A DNA stretch of 64,000 bases, taken from positions 1 through 64,000 of IMG/VR virus record IMGVR_UViG_3300017917_004176; one strand, given 5' to 3'. A program made the position numbers and the translations under genes. The notes under the pieces are model-generated. The model worked only from the letters and a program-made list of their open reading frames with translations, was not told the DNA's origin and made no database searches. Positions 48,601 through 58,330 of this stretch are shown here, one piece after another; position 1 is the stretch's first letter; the number at the start of each line of letters is the position of its first letter. The stretch comes from a virus.

Positions 48601-49490
48601 TAATGAAAAACTATATTGCTTCTACTATTGAGGTTAAGAAAAGGATTACTCTTCAAAATATGCCTGTTTTATTACAAGAAGGTTTAATTCCTGAAGAGTT
48701 TAAGTTTGAAGCACAGCTTTTTGAATTTAATAGATACTTAAGAACAAATCTTAAAAAAGGAAATTATTATATTCTTGATGATAGAGCATATCAATTTTTC
48801 ATGAGACACTTTGATCAAGATTTATTAACTATTGCTGATAATAAAGAAGCAATCTTAATTAATAAATGGGACAAGGCTTATAATATTAAAATGTTGAGAC
48901 TTAAAGACTGGATGAAGGATCAGGCTGGTGAATTAATAAGAACTCTTCATACAGATGTTTTTAATAGTGAATGGGAAAAATATGCTAGTGGAAATATAGC
49001 AGCATGGGAAATGGATGCAGTTTGTTTTTATCACTCTTTTCATGAATTAGATAAAGCAGATGTTGATAAATATGGAATATCAAGTTTTTATGATTTACCA
49101 GAAGAGCCTGTAGTAGAAAAATATTTGGAATTTGGTAAAAAGAAAATACCAATTTTTACGACTTATTTAATAGCAGGAACAATGATAGGTAAAGATAAAA
49201 TCAAATCTACTATTTCTCTTTTAACTACTGATGGGGTTGTTTATGTTAAATTTAGACCAGAACAATTTGCTTATTATGACAAACAACTTTCTCAACAGCA
49301 AAGCGATGGAAAGAAAAAGATAATGGAAAGATCTTGGTTTACAAGAGGAAAGAAAGTATTATTGACTGGCTTCAGACGTGGGTCAGAATTTGTACCCAAA
49401 ACTTATAAACATACTGCGACTGAAACCTTGTATCTTATTGATGAGATTACTGAAGATGGGGAGCTTATATTGAGACGGGAGAGATCATGA
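45699..49490 (+). CDS. dnaE: DNA polymerase III alpha subunit
   Basis: PHP HNHT/TDHE, RGSA, PDIDFD, HAAG, KYDFL, GYSF. Confidence 0.92.
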   Translation: MAYTSIHNHTHYSNLRLLDCIIRPTDLIDEAYKLGLKGIAITDHESLSAHIEAIQHYKKKYLNTDFKLILGNEIYLVDEKKSGSQYYHFIILSKNKTGHRALRELSSIAWRDSYFDRGMERVPVTKDELREVVKKYPGSLMATSACIGGELSQNILRLIVAENLNDQEKIKEYKSNITEFLFFMKEVFENDFYLEIAPNSSEEQRIVNTRMKSISNFFEIPILFASDSHYLKKEDREIHKAFLNSKDGEREVDDFYTTAFLMSPEDAWDYLKEDFSQDEFQEMMNVSNTIYDKVEFYDLYKPQIIPNVELNIKGTKFKDLEKYEYVLALLNSDNIQDKYWAETCLNRLAEIKLWNDVYLSRLDDEAKEIYLISKNLDLQMTSYYNTMSKIMDIVWEGGDSLVGVARGSATGFLSCYLLQITQLDPIKWKLPHWRHLTSSRPELPDIDFDTQALRRGQILEAIKDFFGEKNVLNICTFGTEGPKSAILTACRGLGIDSDIGLYLTGMIPQERGFTWPLQDCLYGNKEKGREPIHQLKKEVEKYDKLEEVILKIEGLVNKRSIHAAGIYIFNDGFEEMNALMRAPNGQAITQWDMSDSDYMGCLKYDFLTVEALDKIRVALDLLIEDNFIQWQGSLKETYNKYLHPDILDYSTEMWEAASNGEVINLFQFDTLVGGQAIKKVKPKSLEDAASANSLMRLMPLEDGTVPVDKYIKFKNDLKLWYREMKNFGLTEEEMKMLEPHYLPVYGVPNTQEDMMEVLMNLDLIGFSIEEANYARKIVGKKKMDEIPKLKNMIYTKAKIRKNVVDYIYYTAIEPQLGYSFSRNHTMPYTTIALQELNLFNKYPTLYWNTACLTINAGAADEVEGKGTDYAKMAAAIGYIKSQGVEVSLANINKSSFGFKPDLKNDRILYGLKSISNLGDDISKLIIENRPYESMEDFIEKCSPSKTAMVSLIKAGAFDEIEGKPREEIMKNYIASTIEVKKRITLQNMPVLLQEGLIPEEFKFEAQLFEFNRYLRTNLKKGNYYILDDRAYQFFMRHFDQDLLTIADNKEAILINKWDKAYNIKMLRLKDWMKDQAGELIRTLHTDVFNSEWEKYASGNIAAWEMDAVCFYHSFHELDKADVDKYGISSFYDLPEEPVVEKYLEFGKKKIPIFTTYLIAGTMIGKDKIKSTISLLTTDGVVYVKFRPEQFAYYDKQLSQQQSDGKKKIMERSWFTRGKKVLLTGFRRGSEFVPKTYKHTATETLYLIDEITEDGELILRRERS

Positions 49491-50038
49491 TGAAAATTTT
49501 GTTTCCCATTTTTGGGAAATCTGGAAGTGGTAAGAGTCGTATCATTCGAGATATAAAAGAGTTAAAGCCTGAATATAATATTGTTCAGCGAGCAACAACA
49601 AGACCAAAAAGAGAAAATGTAAATGACTATGATTTTTTAACTATACCTGAGTTTGAAGAAAAACAGGAAGCTGGAGAAATTATTGGGGCTTTAGAGTTTA
49701 ATAATTGGTTATATGGAACTTATAAAGATAGTATTCTTGATGATGTTGTTAATATTGGTGCTTATGATATTGATTCAGTAAGAGAGTTGAAAAAAGATCC
49801 TGATATAGAAGTTTATCCAATATATATTGAGGCCACAGACAAAATAAGATTGCTTCGACAATTGAATAGAGAAGAAGAGCCCAATATAAAAGAAATCATA
49901 CGAAGATATAAAACAGATGAATATGATTATCAAGAGATAGATTTTTTTCATATTCCTATTGATAACTCTGGCAAAATTTCAATTCATGTTGTTGTTGCTC
50001 AAGTCTTATTACATATTGACAGAAAAATAAAAAAATGA
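49487..50038 (+). CDS. gmk: guanylate kinase-like protein
   Basis: GKSGSGKS, TTRPKR, YGT. Confidence 0.75.
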   Translation: MMKILFPIFGKSGSGKSRIIRDIKELKPEYNIVQRATTRPKRENVNDYDFLTIPEFEEKQEAGEIIGALEFNNWLYGTYKDSILDDVVNIGAYDIDSVRELKKDPDIEVYPIYIEATDKIRLLRQLNREEEPNIKEIIRRYKTDEYDYQEIDFFHIPIDNSGKISIHVVVAQVLLHIDRKIKK

Positions 50039-50065
50039 TATAATATAAATAAACGAGGTGAAGAG

Positions 50066-50458
50066 ATGGAAAAAGAAATTCGACTTGAAGATTTTGGTAA
50101 AATGGTTTTAAAAAATGCAGAGCCTCTGGATCAATCTATTATAGCAGATAAAATCCATGAGTTTGTAACAGATATGCGGGGCGATATGACTACAATTAAA
50201 AGACATGTAAATTATCTTCTTTTATTATCAAAAGAAGTTGGATATTACAGTGTCTTAAAAATTGAAGATCGTCCATCGCTTGAAGAAAAAATTATGGTTT
50301 ATCTTTTTGAAAGTTCATTTCTAAAAGATGGTGCAATTTGTGATTTTAAAAATATTCAATATATAGAATATAACAAAGAAACTCATACCTTAGAGCTTTG
50401 GGTCGATCAAGTATATTTCTGTCTCTTTGATTTCGATTGGGGGGTAGCAACTCTATGA
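50066..50458 (+). CDS. conserved hypothetical phage protein
   Basis: ORF with promoter and GAGGTG RBS. Confidence 0.65.
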   Translation: MEKEIRLEDFGKMVLKNAEPLDQSIIADKIHEFVTDMRGDMTTIKRHVNYLLLLSKEVGYYSVLKIEDRPSLEEKIMVYLFESSFLKDGAICDFKNIQYIEYNKETHTLELWVDQVYFCLFDFDWGVATL

Positions 50459-50700
50459 AAACACTTTTAGTTCCATGTTTTAGTTTTACTTTGGGAACCA
50501 CTGGTATTATGCCAGAAGATAAAACTAATTACAAAATTGATAGTATAAATACACCAAGTATTCTTGCAGCCGTGCAAAAAAGTGGAGCAGACAAATTAAT
50601 TTTAGTTGGTCCTGCTTCATTTACACAAAGAATAAAACAAGAGATTCTTGCAACTGAATATAGTTATTTACAAATAGAATTAATGGAGGAAATACGATGA
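50455..50700 (+). CDS. hypothetical protein
   Basis: ATGA overlap. Confidence 0.6.
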   Translation: MKTLLVPCFSFTLGTTGIMPEDKTNYKIDSINTPSILAAVQKSGADKLILVGPASFTQRIKQEILATEYSYLQIELMEEIR

Positions 50701-50894
50701 CACATTTATTAAAAACAATAGATTATATTTTAACTGGATCAGAAGAAGAAGCAGAGTCAATGGTAGCTTCTATTAAATCATCTTCTAGTTATACTGTAAC
50801 TGGTTATTCAATTACAAAAAAAGTTAAAAAAGATTCTGAGTATTTTATCTTAAAAATTACAAAAGAATTTGCCACAGAAAAAGATGTAGTTTGA
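50697..50894 (+). CDS. hypothetical protein
   Basis: ATGA overlap, GGAGG RBS. Confidence 0.6.
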   Translation: MTHLLKTIDYILTGSEEEAESMVASIKSSSSYTVTGYSITKKVKKDSEYFILKITKEFATEKDVV

Positions 50895-50916
50895 TAATCA
50901 AGTTAGGAGGAAGCTA

Positions 50917-51546
50917 ATGGCTTATTTAAATCATCCCCTTCCTCCGTGGACTTGTTATATAAGAAATGAGTTTCTTTATAATCATACAAAAGGCCATGGA
51001 GAGCTTACTTTATGCGACGTTCATTCTGTTGCATCAATAGAAAAACGCGTACCACTTTTTGAAGCTTTTCTAGAAAATGGTGTTAATTGGACTCGAAGGC
51101 CATTGCATGCTTTTTGCTGGCGAACAGATGCTCCACCACCAAAGTTAGAACAAGTTATTTATTGGAATTCTTTTTCTCCATATATTGATGTACAAATACG
51201 CCCTAGATTGGCAGGATTACGTGCTGATCTTATAACACCCGATGGCAAGCTTGAAGGTGGAGAATATATGTTTACATTAGATTGGGGATGGGAAAATAAA
51301 GCTATATTAGATTGTAATTTTAGTGAAACTCCTGAGCATAAATGCGCACATCTTTTTAAAATGGATTCTGGTAATTTTTATGCCTATCCTAATAATAGAA
51401 TAATATGGCGCGATGCTGCCTTTACACAAAATAGAATTAAAACAAATCCAGGCTATAAAATAGATTTAACATATTATGCAGTAGAAAATCTTAAACGAGG
51501 AGAAACTGATGATAGTTATATTTATATTATAGAGGAAGATAAATGA
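50917..51546 (+). CDS. conserved hypothetical phage protein
   Basis: AGGAGG RBS; PEHKC.H...PNNRIIW motif. Confidence 0.7.
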   Translation: MAYLNHPLPPWTCYIRNEFLYNHTKGHGELTLCDVHSVASIEKRVPLFEAFLENGVNWTRRPLHAFCWRTDAPPPKLEQVIYWNSFSPYIDVQIRPRLAGLRADLITPDGKLEGGEYMFTLDWGWENKAILDCNFSETPEHKCAHLFKMDSGNFYAYPNNRIIWRDAAFTQNRIKTNPGYKIDLTYYAVENLKRGETDDSYIYIIEEDK

Positions 51547-51555
51547 GGTATTCAT

Positions 51556-52014
51556 ATGAATAAATTAAGAGGATTTGAAGTTGTTACAAAAGAACATAGA
51601 AAGCATCCAAACTTAGAAATTCAATTACCTATTCGGGGTAGCGCAAATGCCGCGGGATATGATTTATTTAGTCCTATTGATGTAACCTTGGGACCAGAGC
51701 AAAGTATTTTAGTTTGGACTGATGTTAAGGCTTACATGCTAGCAAATGAAGTTTTGGAAATATATCCAAGATCTGGATTAGCTACAAAGTTCGGCATGGT
51801 CTTAAAAAATGGGGTTGGAATTGTAGATAGCGATTATTATTCAAATCAGAGTAATGATGGCAACATAGGATTATTTTTTATAAATAATGGAAAGAGTACT
51901 GCTTATATTAAAGCAGGGGATCGAGTTGCACAAGCTATTTTTAAAAACTTTTTACTTGCAGATGGAGATGAATCTTCAGCTGAGCGAGTTGGGGGATTTG
52001 GTTCTACAGGATGA
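51556..52014 (+). CDS. dut: trimeric dUTPase
   Basis: AAGYDL, PRSG, GIVDSDY, RVAQ, RVGGFGSTG. Confidence 0.93.
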   Translation: MNKLRGFEVVTKEHRKHPNLEIQLPIRGSANAAGYDLFSPIDVTLGPEQSILVWTDVKAYMLANEVLEIYPRSGLATKFGMVLKNGVGIVDSDYYSNQSNDGNIGLFFINNGKSTAYIKAGDRVAQAIFKNFLLADGDESSAERVGGFGSTG

Positions 52015-52481
52015 TATATTTAGCCTTAGATCAAAGCTCAAACATAAGTGGATATTCAGTATGGAAAGATAAAAATCTTATTGAGTATGGTAAAGTAAAA
52101 TTTGATGGAGAGTTTATCGACAGAGTTGTTTCTTTAAAAAACTGGATGAAGGACAAAATTGAAGAGCTTGAATCTGAGGGATTGGTAGAAGTTATAATCG
52201 AAGAAATACAAGAGCAAGCAAATATGCAAACATTTAAGATGCTCGCTATGGTGCAAGGAGTTTTGCTTGCCGAGCTTGCCGAACAAAAAATAAAATTTCA
52301 CTTAGTATATGCGTCAAGCTGGAAAGCTAACTCTGGAATAAAGGGTGTAAATAGAACAGAGCAGAAGCGAAATACTCAAGAATATATTTTACAAAAGTAT
52401 GGAAAAAAAGTTACGCAAGATGAAGCTGATGCTATATGTATTGGTGAATATGTTGCTACAAAAATAATAAACTGGGGCTAA
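52011..52481 (+). CDS. RuvC-like Holliday junction resolvase
   Basis: LALDQSS..SG, IIEE, SWK, DEADAICIG. Confidence 0.8.
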   Translation: MIYLALDQSSNISGYSVWKDKNLIEYGKVKFDGEFIDRVVSLKNWMKDKIEELESEGLVEVIIEEIQEQANMQTFKMLAMVQGVLLAELAEQKIKFHLVYASSWKANSGIKGVNRTEQKRNTQEYILQKYGKKVTQDEADAICIGEYVATKIINWG

Positions 52482-52502
52482 TATGCCCCAGTTTTTTTTT
52501 GT
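52470..52502. terminator. terminator at the convergence of the replication and structural arms
   Basis: aactggggc...gccccagtt followed by T-tract. Confidence 0.75.
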
Positions 52503-53834
52503 TTAGTAAATTTTTTCTGCTGTAAGACTCATTGTACCGCCGTTAGTTAGATCATAGTTAATAGCTTGAACCCTATAATCACCTATCATTTTTGTGTCTA
52601 GATCCATTATATTTACAATAGTATCTACATCAATAGAATAGATAGGTATAGAAACGATATTTACTTTTTCATTAAAATTAGTATGTGTATACAATAAATT
52701 TTTTATTGCACTAAATGCATCATTTTTATATTCATAAATTTCGTTATTTAAATAGTCTTGTATTTGGCTTCTTAATACGCTAAAGTATGGGATACCCTTT
52801 GATTTTAATTCTTCTTCTGCCGCGATAGCATCTTTATTATATAATAAAAAATCCATATAAGTATAAGTTAGTCCATTTATTGATACAGATCCTGAATCAT
52901 GTGTCGGAGGAAGGGTTCCAGTTTTTATTGGTTCGCCATTAATTGATGTTCCAGATATTTCATAGTATTTATATATATATTCATTTGGTTGTGTTCCAGA
53001 TATAAGCACTTTAATTATTGAACCCTCAAATACCAAATAATCATCTGTTTTAAAAATTTTAGCATCTTTGAATGGCAAGTCGTTAAAAATAATAATGTTT
53101 TTTCTTTTTCCTTGAAAAGTTTCTGGTGTATCAAAATATTCAATATCAAATATTCTTTGCTCAGAAGTAGTTTCAATTGGAAAATCTAATTCTTCATCTG
53201 GCAGTATAATGGGAGGTGGATTTACATTATCTTTATTTTTTATACTATAGGATAGATATTTATTTGGATTATAGATATTAATCTTATATAAAAAAAGATC
53301 TGGATCCTCATTTTCTTTTATTCCATCTCTTGTTTTATATCCATAAATCGTATTGCCAAAAGATGTATCTGGATTCAAAGGACCTCTACCATCTCTTCTA
53401 ATTTCGTAGTGAAGATGAACTCCAGTTGAATATCCTGTTGTCCCCATTACACCGAGCAATTCATTTTTTGTAACAGGAATTCTTTGTTTTCCATCTACAG
53501 GAGTGGCTGTGTCAGCTGCCTTCTGAAAAAATTTTGAATCTATAGATTTTAGGTGACAGTATAAATGTAGGGCTTTATTTCCATCCCGTATTACTACCAC
53601 ATTTCCATATCCACCAAGACCAGTTTTTTTCTTGCCTTCATCCGCATAGATAACTTCTCCACCAACAAAAGCATATATATTATAGTCTTCACCTTTTTTA
53701 GGAATTAAATCAAAACCACAGTGAAAAACCCATTTTTTATTTACATTATCCCATCTATTTGTAAATAGACTTGTTGAATTATATCTACTAAAATTAGAGT
53801 TTAAATCTCCAACATCTATATCTAGTACGCCCAC
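52503..53834 (-). CDS. tail-associated protein: N-terminal M23 peptidase fused to tail-protein C-terminal domain
   Basis: HCGFD, YCHL, TGVHLHYE; C-terminal IPIY...IGDY.V..I.Y.L..GGTMSLTA. Confidence 0.75.
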   Translation of the reverse strand: MGVLDIDVGDLNSNFSRYNSTSLFTNRWDNVNKKWVFHCGFDLIPKKGEDYNIYAFVGGEVIYADEGKKKTGLGGYGNVVVIRDGNKALHLYCHLKSIDSKFFQKAADTATPVDGKQRIPVTKNELLGVMGTTGYSTGVHLHYEIRRDGRGPLNPDTSFGNTIYGYKTRDGIKENEDPDLFLYKINIYNPNKYLSYSIKNKDNVNPPPIILPDEELDFPIETTSEQRIFDIEYFDTPETFQGKRKNIIIFNDLPFKDAKIFKTDDYLVFEGSIIKVLISGTQPNEYIYKYYEISGTSINGEPIKTGTLPPTHDSGSVSINGLTYTYMDFLLYNKDAIAAEEELKSKGIPYFSVLRSQIQDYLNNEIYEYKNDAFSAIKNLLYTHTNFNEKVNIVSIPIYSIDVDTIVNIMDLDTKMIGDYRVQAINYDLTNGGTMSLTAEKIY

Positions 53835-53852
53835 AATCTCACTCCTTTTACT

Positions 53853-55448
53853 CTATTCTTCTGGAACCAATGTCGGATACAAACATTTTATATTAGGATT
53901 ATTAAGTGCCTTAATTCTTCTACCTATTGCATTAACAGAGAATCCATTATATGCAGGAGCACCTTCATCAATTATATCAAAAAAGTACTTCCATTTAGAT
54001 GAAAAGCCCTTTCTTAATTTTGAATCAGTTATCTTAAAATCTTTTTGTTCTATCCCTGTATTATCAGATCTCCAAACTCCAGTTGTTGAATCTATTTTTT
54101 TATATATGCCCATTAACTGATCATCTTTTTCCGAAGTGTATTCAAAAAAAGCTTTTAATTCTTCATAATAAGGAGATATTGTCGCACCTGGATTTTTATA
54201 TAGAAGATATTCTGATTGATCTATTAAAAATTGCTGCCAAGGCTGATCATATTTAACAAGTACATCTCCCCAAGATCCATCACTAAATTTTTCATAAAAA
54301 AAGCTTGGAACTACTGGCTTTGAATCTATTACCAAATGAAATAAAAGATTGTCTGCGCCATATACATAAAAATCATTTTTTATTCCTCTCCAATCTGGAT
54401 TATTGGAGTAGGATGAAACTATTCCTTTATCAGAAAAATCATAAGAATAATCAAAAGATTCATAACTAGGAATATAACTATCATTAGATATTTCTTGTAA
54501 ATATTGCAGCTGAGTTGAATACTCTCTAAAAATCATTTTAATTGGTTCAAATTTAAAAAAACCATTTTCATCATAATAAAAATCATAAGACCCAAATAAA
54601 TCTTCTTTGACTTTATTTAAAACTTGAACAACTGTTGAGTTAGACTTAAAACTAAAAGCTCCTTCTACTTGAGAAGCAAATGGAAGATACACGTTAACTT
54701 CCTCTTCTTCTTGAAGCTTTAAGATAGGAGGACTAAAAAAACCTTCTTCTGATTCAAGAGGTATGCCGCTGTCGTTAAAAGTTCTTCTTGTTTCAATATT
54801 ATAATATAAATCTGGAACACTAGATGTAATTTGTTGTATATTTGTTATGTAGATCGGCAAATCGTTTATAATTATTTTTTGCGGATTTTCTGCTCCAAAT
54901 TTAGTCATTAAATCCTTAATAACATAAAAATATGGAATATTTTCTTTTGTGTCTCCATAGGTAAAAGATGTATCTGCTCCAAGCTCTCCGCCTAAAGTTC
55001 CATCCAGCATACTCATTTTATCTTGACATTGCATAGATATAATATTAGAATCAATTCCATGAGAAAAAGAAACTGAAGAAATTAAAAATATACCTAGATT
55101 AAACCATATAATATCATCATCTAAGGCTTCTTTTCTATCATATACATTATTTTTTAATCCTATATATGCTTGAATTTTTTTATTTATTGAAATTTCGTCT
55201 GCTGCAGCAGAAAGAGAATATATATTTCTATCAAGAAAAAATTCTAAGGAAAGGGTTCTTCTAATTGGACTATTGCTTTGAGTTGAAAAATTTCCAGATA
55301 TAATTCTACCCTGGATTTCTTTTATCTTTTCTTCGTCCCAAGATAATAAATTTATTTTTACAAACATGGATCTATCTCTATTTAAAAAAAGAGAATCTAA
55401 AAATAAAGAAGATAGTTCATTGCCTTTTTTGTCAACAGGAATTCCCAT
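53853..55448 (-). CDS. tail/baseplate hub-like protein
   Basis: LLSWDE..IKEIQG.I, WF.LG.F, DKM.MLDG.LGG, IKNDF motifs; structural context. Confidence 0.6.
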   Translation of the reverse strand: MGIPVDKKGNELSSLFLDSLFLNRDRSMFVKINLLSWDEEKIKEIQGRIISGNFSTQSNSPIRRTLSLEFFLDRNIYSLSAAADEISINKKIQAYIGLKNNVYDRKEALDDDIIWFNLGIFLISSVSFSHGIDSNIISMQCQDKMSMLDGTLGGELGADTSFTYGDTKENIPYFYVIKDLMTKFGAENPQKIIINDLPIYITNIQQITSSVPDLYYNIETRRTFNDSGIPLESEEGFFSPPILKLQEEEEVNVYLPFASQVEGAFSFKSNSTVVQVLNKVKEDLFGSYDFYYDENGFFKFEPIKMIFREYSTQLQYLQEISNDSYIPSYESFDYSYDFSDKGIVSSYSNNPDWRGIKNDFYVYGADNLLFHLVIDSKPVVPSFFYEKFSDGSWGDVLVKYDQPWQQFLIDQSEYLLYKNPGATISPYYEELKAFFEYTSEKDDQLMGIYKKIDSTTGVWRSDNTGIEQKDFKITDSKLRKGFSSKWKYFFDIIDEGAPAYNGFSVNAIGRRIKALNNPNIKCLYPTLVPEE

Positions 55449-55460
55449 TAATTATCCTCC

Positions 55461-57272
55461 TTAGTTAAAATAACCTGGAATATAGTTTCCAGCATATTTT
55501 AATTTATATGTACCAATATTAGTAATTATAGTATCTGGATCTTTTAAAGTTGGAGGGGTATCATAAGAAGCTCCACTTTCAACAACTTGATAATATTCTC
55601 CTTTATATTTTACATATGATCCTTTATAATAATCTGTTAAAGGAGTCCAATTATATATTTTTAAGCCGATTTGAGAAAAATCATATAAATCTCCTTGTAT
55701 TTTTCTAAAACCATAATAATTTAAACTATTAGTATTTATTTCATCTATCTCAGTCATCGTACAAGAAAAAGAATATAATATTCTTCCCATTTCTTCTACT
55801 GGCTCTAACGATATTTCTGTTATCTTAACAACAAACAATCCTTCTGTGTCAGACTTGAAAACTTTTGGTTTTCCATCATATAACCAATCCATAACTTTTT
55901 TTCTGAATTCTCTTTCAACTAAATAGTTTTCATTTTTATTCAAATAATTTTTATCGTTCATTGTAGTTTTAATATAATATTTAGAAGAAACATCGCCAAG
56001 TACTTGTTGAGATCCTTCTAATATAAATTTTTCATATAAAGTATTTATATTAACAACATCAGTTCCATTCATTAATGTGGAGTAAGTCATTCCAGTTAGC
56101 TGTCTTAATGGATCAGCGATCGAAGTAATAAGAGCAGAGAATTGAAATTGTTTATATCCTATATCAGAACTTCTAACAACAAAAGGATATTTTGATCCTA
56201 TTGTTTCTATTACAGCATCTCTTTTTACTTCCTTAAAGCCTGAAATTTTTCCATTATATATGAAATTTAATTGTACTTGGTCTGTTCCATATAAATAAGA
56301 TCCTTCAAAATCAGGAATTATATTAACTCTTTGTCCAATTGGAGTTGTAGCCCCTCTTGATACTACTTTATTATTTGATTTATTTATATTTACAGCTTGA
56401 AGCATATAGGAATATAACATGCCCGGCTCTAATAAATAATCATAAAAATATTTTGGATTTTGAAATTCAGTTACATCAAATAAGGCAATTTGTTTATAAT
56501 TTGAAACACCTTCTGATAAAGAGCTTCTTAAAAGTGCAATTCCATTATTTGATGAGTCAAAACTACCAGCGTCTAATCCTGGCTCTTCTGGACTTCCATC
56601 ATTATTAAATAATCCTCTATAAACAGTAGAATCTTGAATCCAATTTGAATCAAAATATGGACCAATTATGTAAGCATTATCATAAGTTGCTCCAAGTGGA
56701 CTAATATTTGTTTTAATTTTTATATATCCATTTTCTATCGAATGAATTGGCCATTCACGATTAAAACCTGTAGATCCAGATACTCCTGTAATTATAATAT
56801 TATCTCCAGCTGCATAAGTTTGATTTGCTGAATTTGTAAAATAAATATTTGCATAGTCTCCATCTAAAACAATAGATGAGATCGATCTTTTTTCTCCATT
56901 TGATTTTGGTGGATTCATCTTTCCAAAATCTTTTTCTAGGTTAAACAAATCATATCTATAAGTATATGTAACATTTAAAATAGTTTGACTTCCTTCAGTT
57001 ACATTTGGACCAGCACCACTACCTTCGGGAACAAAACCTACGTTAGTTGAAGTTATTTCATAAATATATCTTCCATTTTTTACATTTAATCCTTGAGAAA
57101 TTTCTAACCCTATGGCCCAATCTCTATAAGGAAATACTCCATTATATGCAACGGATTCATCTATAATTAAATTCGAAAAATTTATAAATTTTAATGCATC
57201 TGTCGAAAATCTATTCTCAAAAGTATTATTAATAAAAAGATAGTTTCCATTTATTAATTTGGGAAGTGGCAT
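55461..57272 (-). CDS. tail/baseplate structural protein
   Basis: ETIGSKYPF, EREFR..V.DWL.DGKPKVFKS.TEG; structural context. Confidence 0.6.
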   Translation of the reverse strand: MPLPKLINGNYLFINNTFENRFSTDALKFINFSNLIIDESVAYNGVFPYRDWAIGLEISQGLNVKNGRYIYEITSTNVGFVPEGSGAGPNVTEGSQTILNVTYTYRYDLFNLEKDFGKMNPPKSNGEKRSISSIVLDGDYANIYFTNSANQTYAAGDNIIITGVSGSTGFNREWPIHSIENGYIKIKTNISPLGATYDNAYIIGPYFDSNWIQDSTVYRGLFNNDGSPEEPGLDAGSFDSSNNGIALLRSSLSEGVSNYKQIALFDVTEFQNPKYFYDYLLEPGMLYSYMLQAVNINKSNNKVVSRGATTPIGQRVNIIPDFEGSYLYGTDQVQLNFIYNGKISGFKEVKRDAVIETIGSKYPFVVRSSDIGYKQFQFSALITSIADPLRQLTGMTYSTLMNGTDVVNINTLYEKFILEGSQQVLGDVSSKYYIKTTMNDKNYLNKNENYLVEREFRKKVMDWLYDGKPKVFKSDTEGLFVVKITEISLEPVEEMGRILYSFSCTMTEIDEINTNSLNYYGFRKIQGDLYDFSQIGLKIYNWTPLTDYYKGSYVKYKGEYYQVVESGASYDTPPTLKDPDTIITNIGTYKLKYAGNYIPGYFN

Positions 57273-57299
57273 AATAAAACCTCCTTTCTATCTTCATAA

Positions 57300-58310
57300 T
57301 TAAACCGTAACGTTTGTATCAAACCATATATAATATCTTCCACCATAGCCTTTTACTGCTGGATCAGTATCAGATATTTTTACCATTAGTGCATTTACAT
57401 CATTAATATACTCAGCAGCTGATCCAAGTTGTGAGTTTAAAACCGATGTAACACTTGTAAATTCATCTTCCATATACTGAGCTAAATATAATTGAATATT
57501 CATAATAGCAGAAGACATTTTATTATAATCTGTTTCTGTTAAAATATAGTTTTGAACATTTGCAGCTTTAGCATTAACTAGATCTGCATTTGTAATAGTA
57601 GGATTAGAGTAATATGTTGCTAATGCCGAATAATATGCTGATAAATGTCCAGCTGCAGTTCCATCTGAAGAATAATCTAATATTTTAAGTTCATCAATAC
57701 TAACTGGAAAAGTGCTTAATCCAAGTGGTATTGGTTGTGTTGCTCCAGTTTTATATTGTTGAACAGCAATTAGTACAGCAGAAGATAGTGACAATAGTGA
57801 AAATCTTAAATATGGAGGAGTGCCTCCAGTATTAATATATTCTGAATTATCAAGTAGAGATAAAACTCTATCAAAGCCGTATCTTAATACTCCTAAATTT
57901 GTACTTAAAGAACCAGTACTATCAAAATTAGATGAGACAGAAAAAGTAAATGTATCATCTGTTTTTTGTGTAATAGTCCACTCTCCATTTAATTTTACTT
58001 GTTCTGTTCCAGTAGCTCCATTAATAAATATTTTATCTCCAACTAAAAAACCATGAGCCGTAGAAGTTCCAACTACTATATTAGAATTTAATGTTACTGC
58101 ATAAGATGTAACAGTTTTAGTTGGAGCAACTCCTGGCTGAGATGTAATTTTTGTACTAATAACACTAGGAGTGTTCTGATCTCTTTTATATATTCCACTA
58201 TTTGAATTATCACTACTAACTAAAAAATAATCTCCAACTCTTATATCTGTCGTATTTTCATTTGCAGTAGCAAGAGTTGTAAACGTTTTTCTAACATAAA
58301 AATAAGCCAT
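57300..58310 (-). CDS. structural protein with FCCH-like beta domain
   Basis: AHGFLVGDKIFI.GA...LNGEWTI...DTFTF. Confidence 0.6.
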   Translation of the reverse strand: MAYFYVRKTFTTLATANENTTDIRVGDYFLVSSDNSNSGIYKRDQNTPSVISTKITSQPGVAPTKTVTSYAVTLNSNIVVGTSTAHGFLVGDKIFINGATGTEQVKLNGEWTITQKTDDTFTFSVSSNFDSTGSLSTNLGVLRYGFDRVLSLLDNSEYINTGGTPPYLRFSLLSLSSAVLIAVQQYKTGATQPIPLGLSTFPVSIDELKILDYSSDGTAAGHLSAYYSALATYYSNPTITNADLVNAKAANVQNYILTETDYNKMSSAIMNIQLYLAQYMEDEFTSVTSVLNSQLGSAAEYINDVNALMVKISDTDPAVKGYGGRYYIWFDTNVTV

Positions 58311-58330
58311 TTATTCCTTTTCCTCCTTTA

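Noticed and set aside
26198-49490. Inteins or introns in nrdJ, dnaB or dnaE
   Set aside because: ORFs are continuous and of normal length; no intein splice-junction or homing-endonuclease motifs seen
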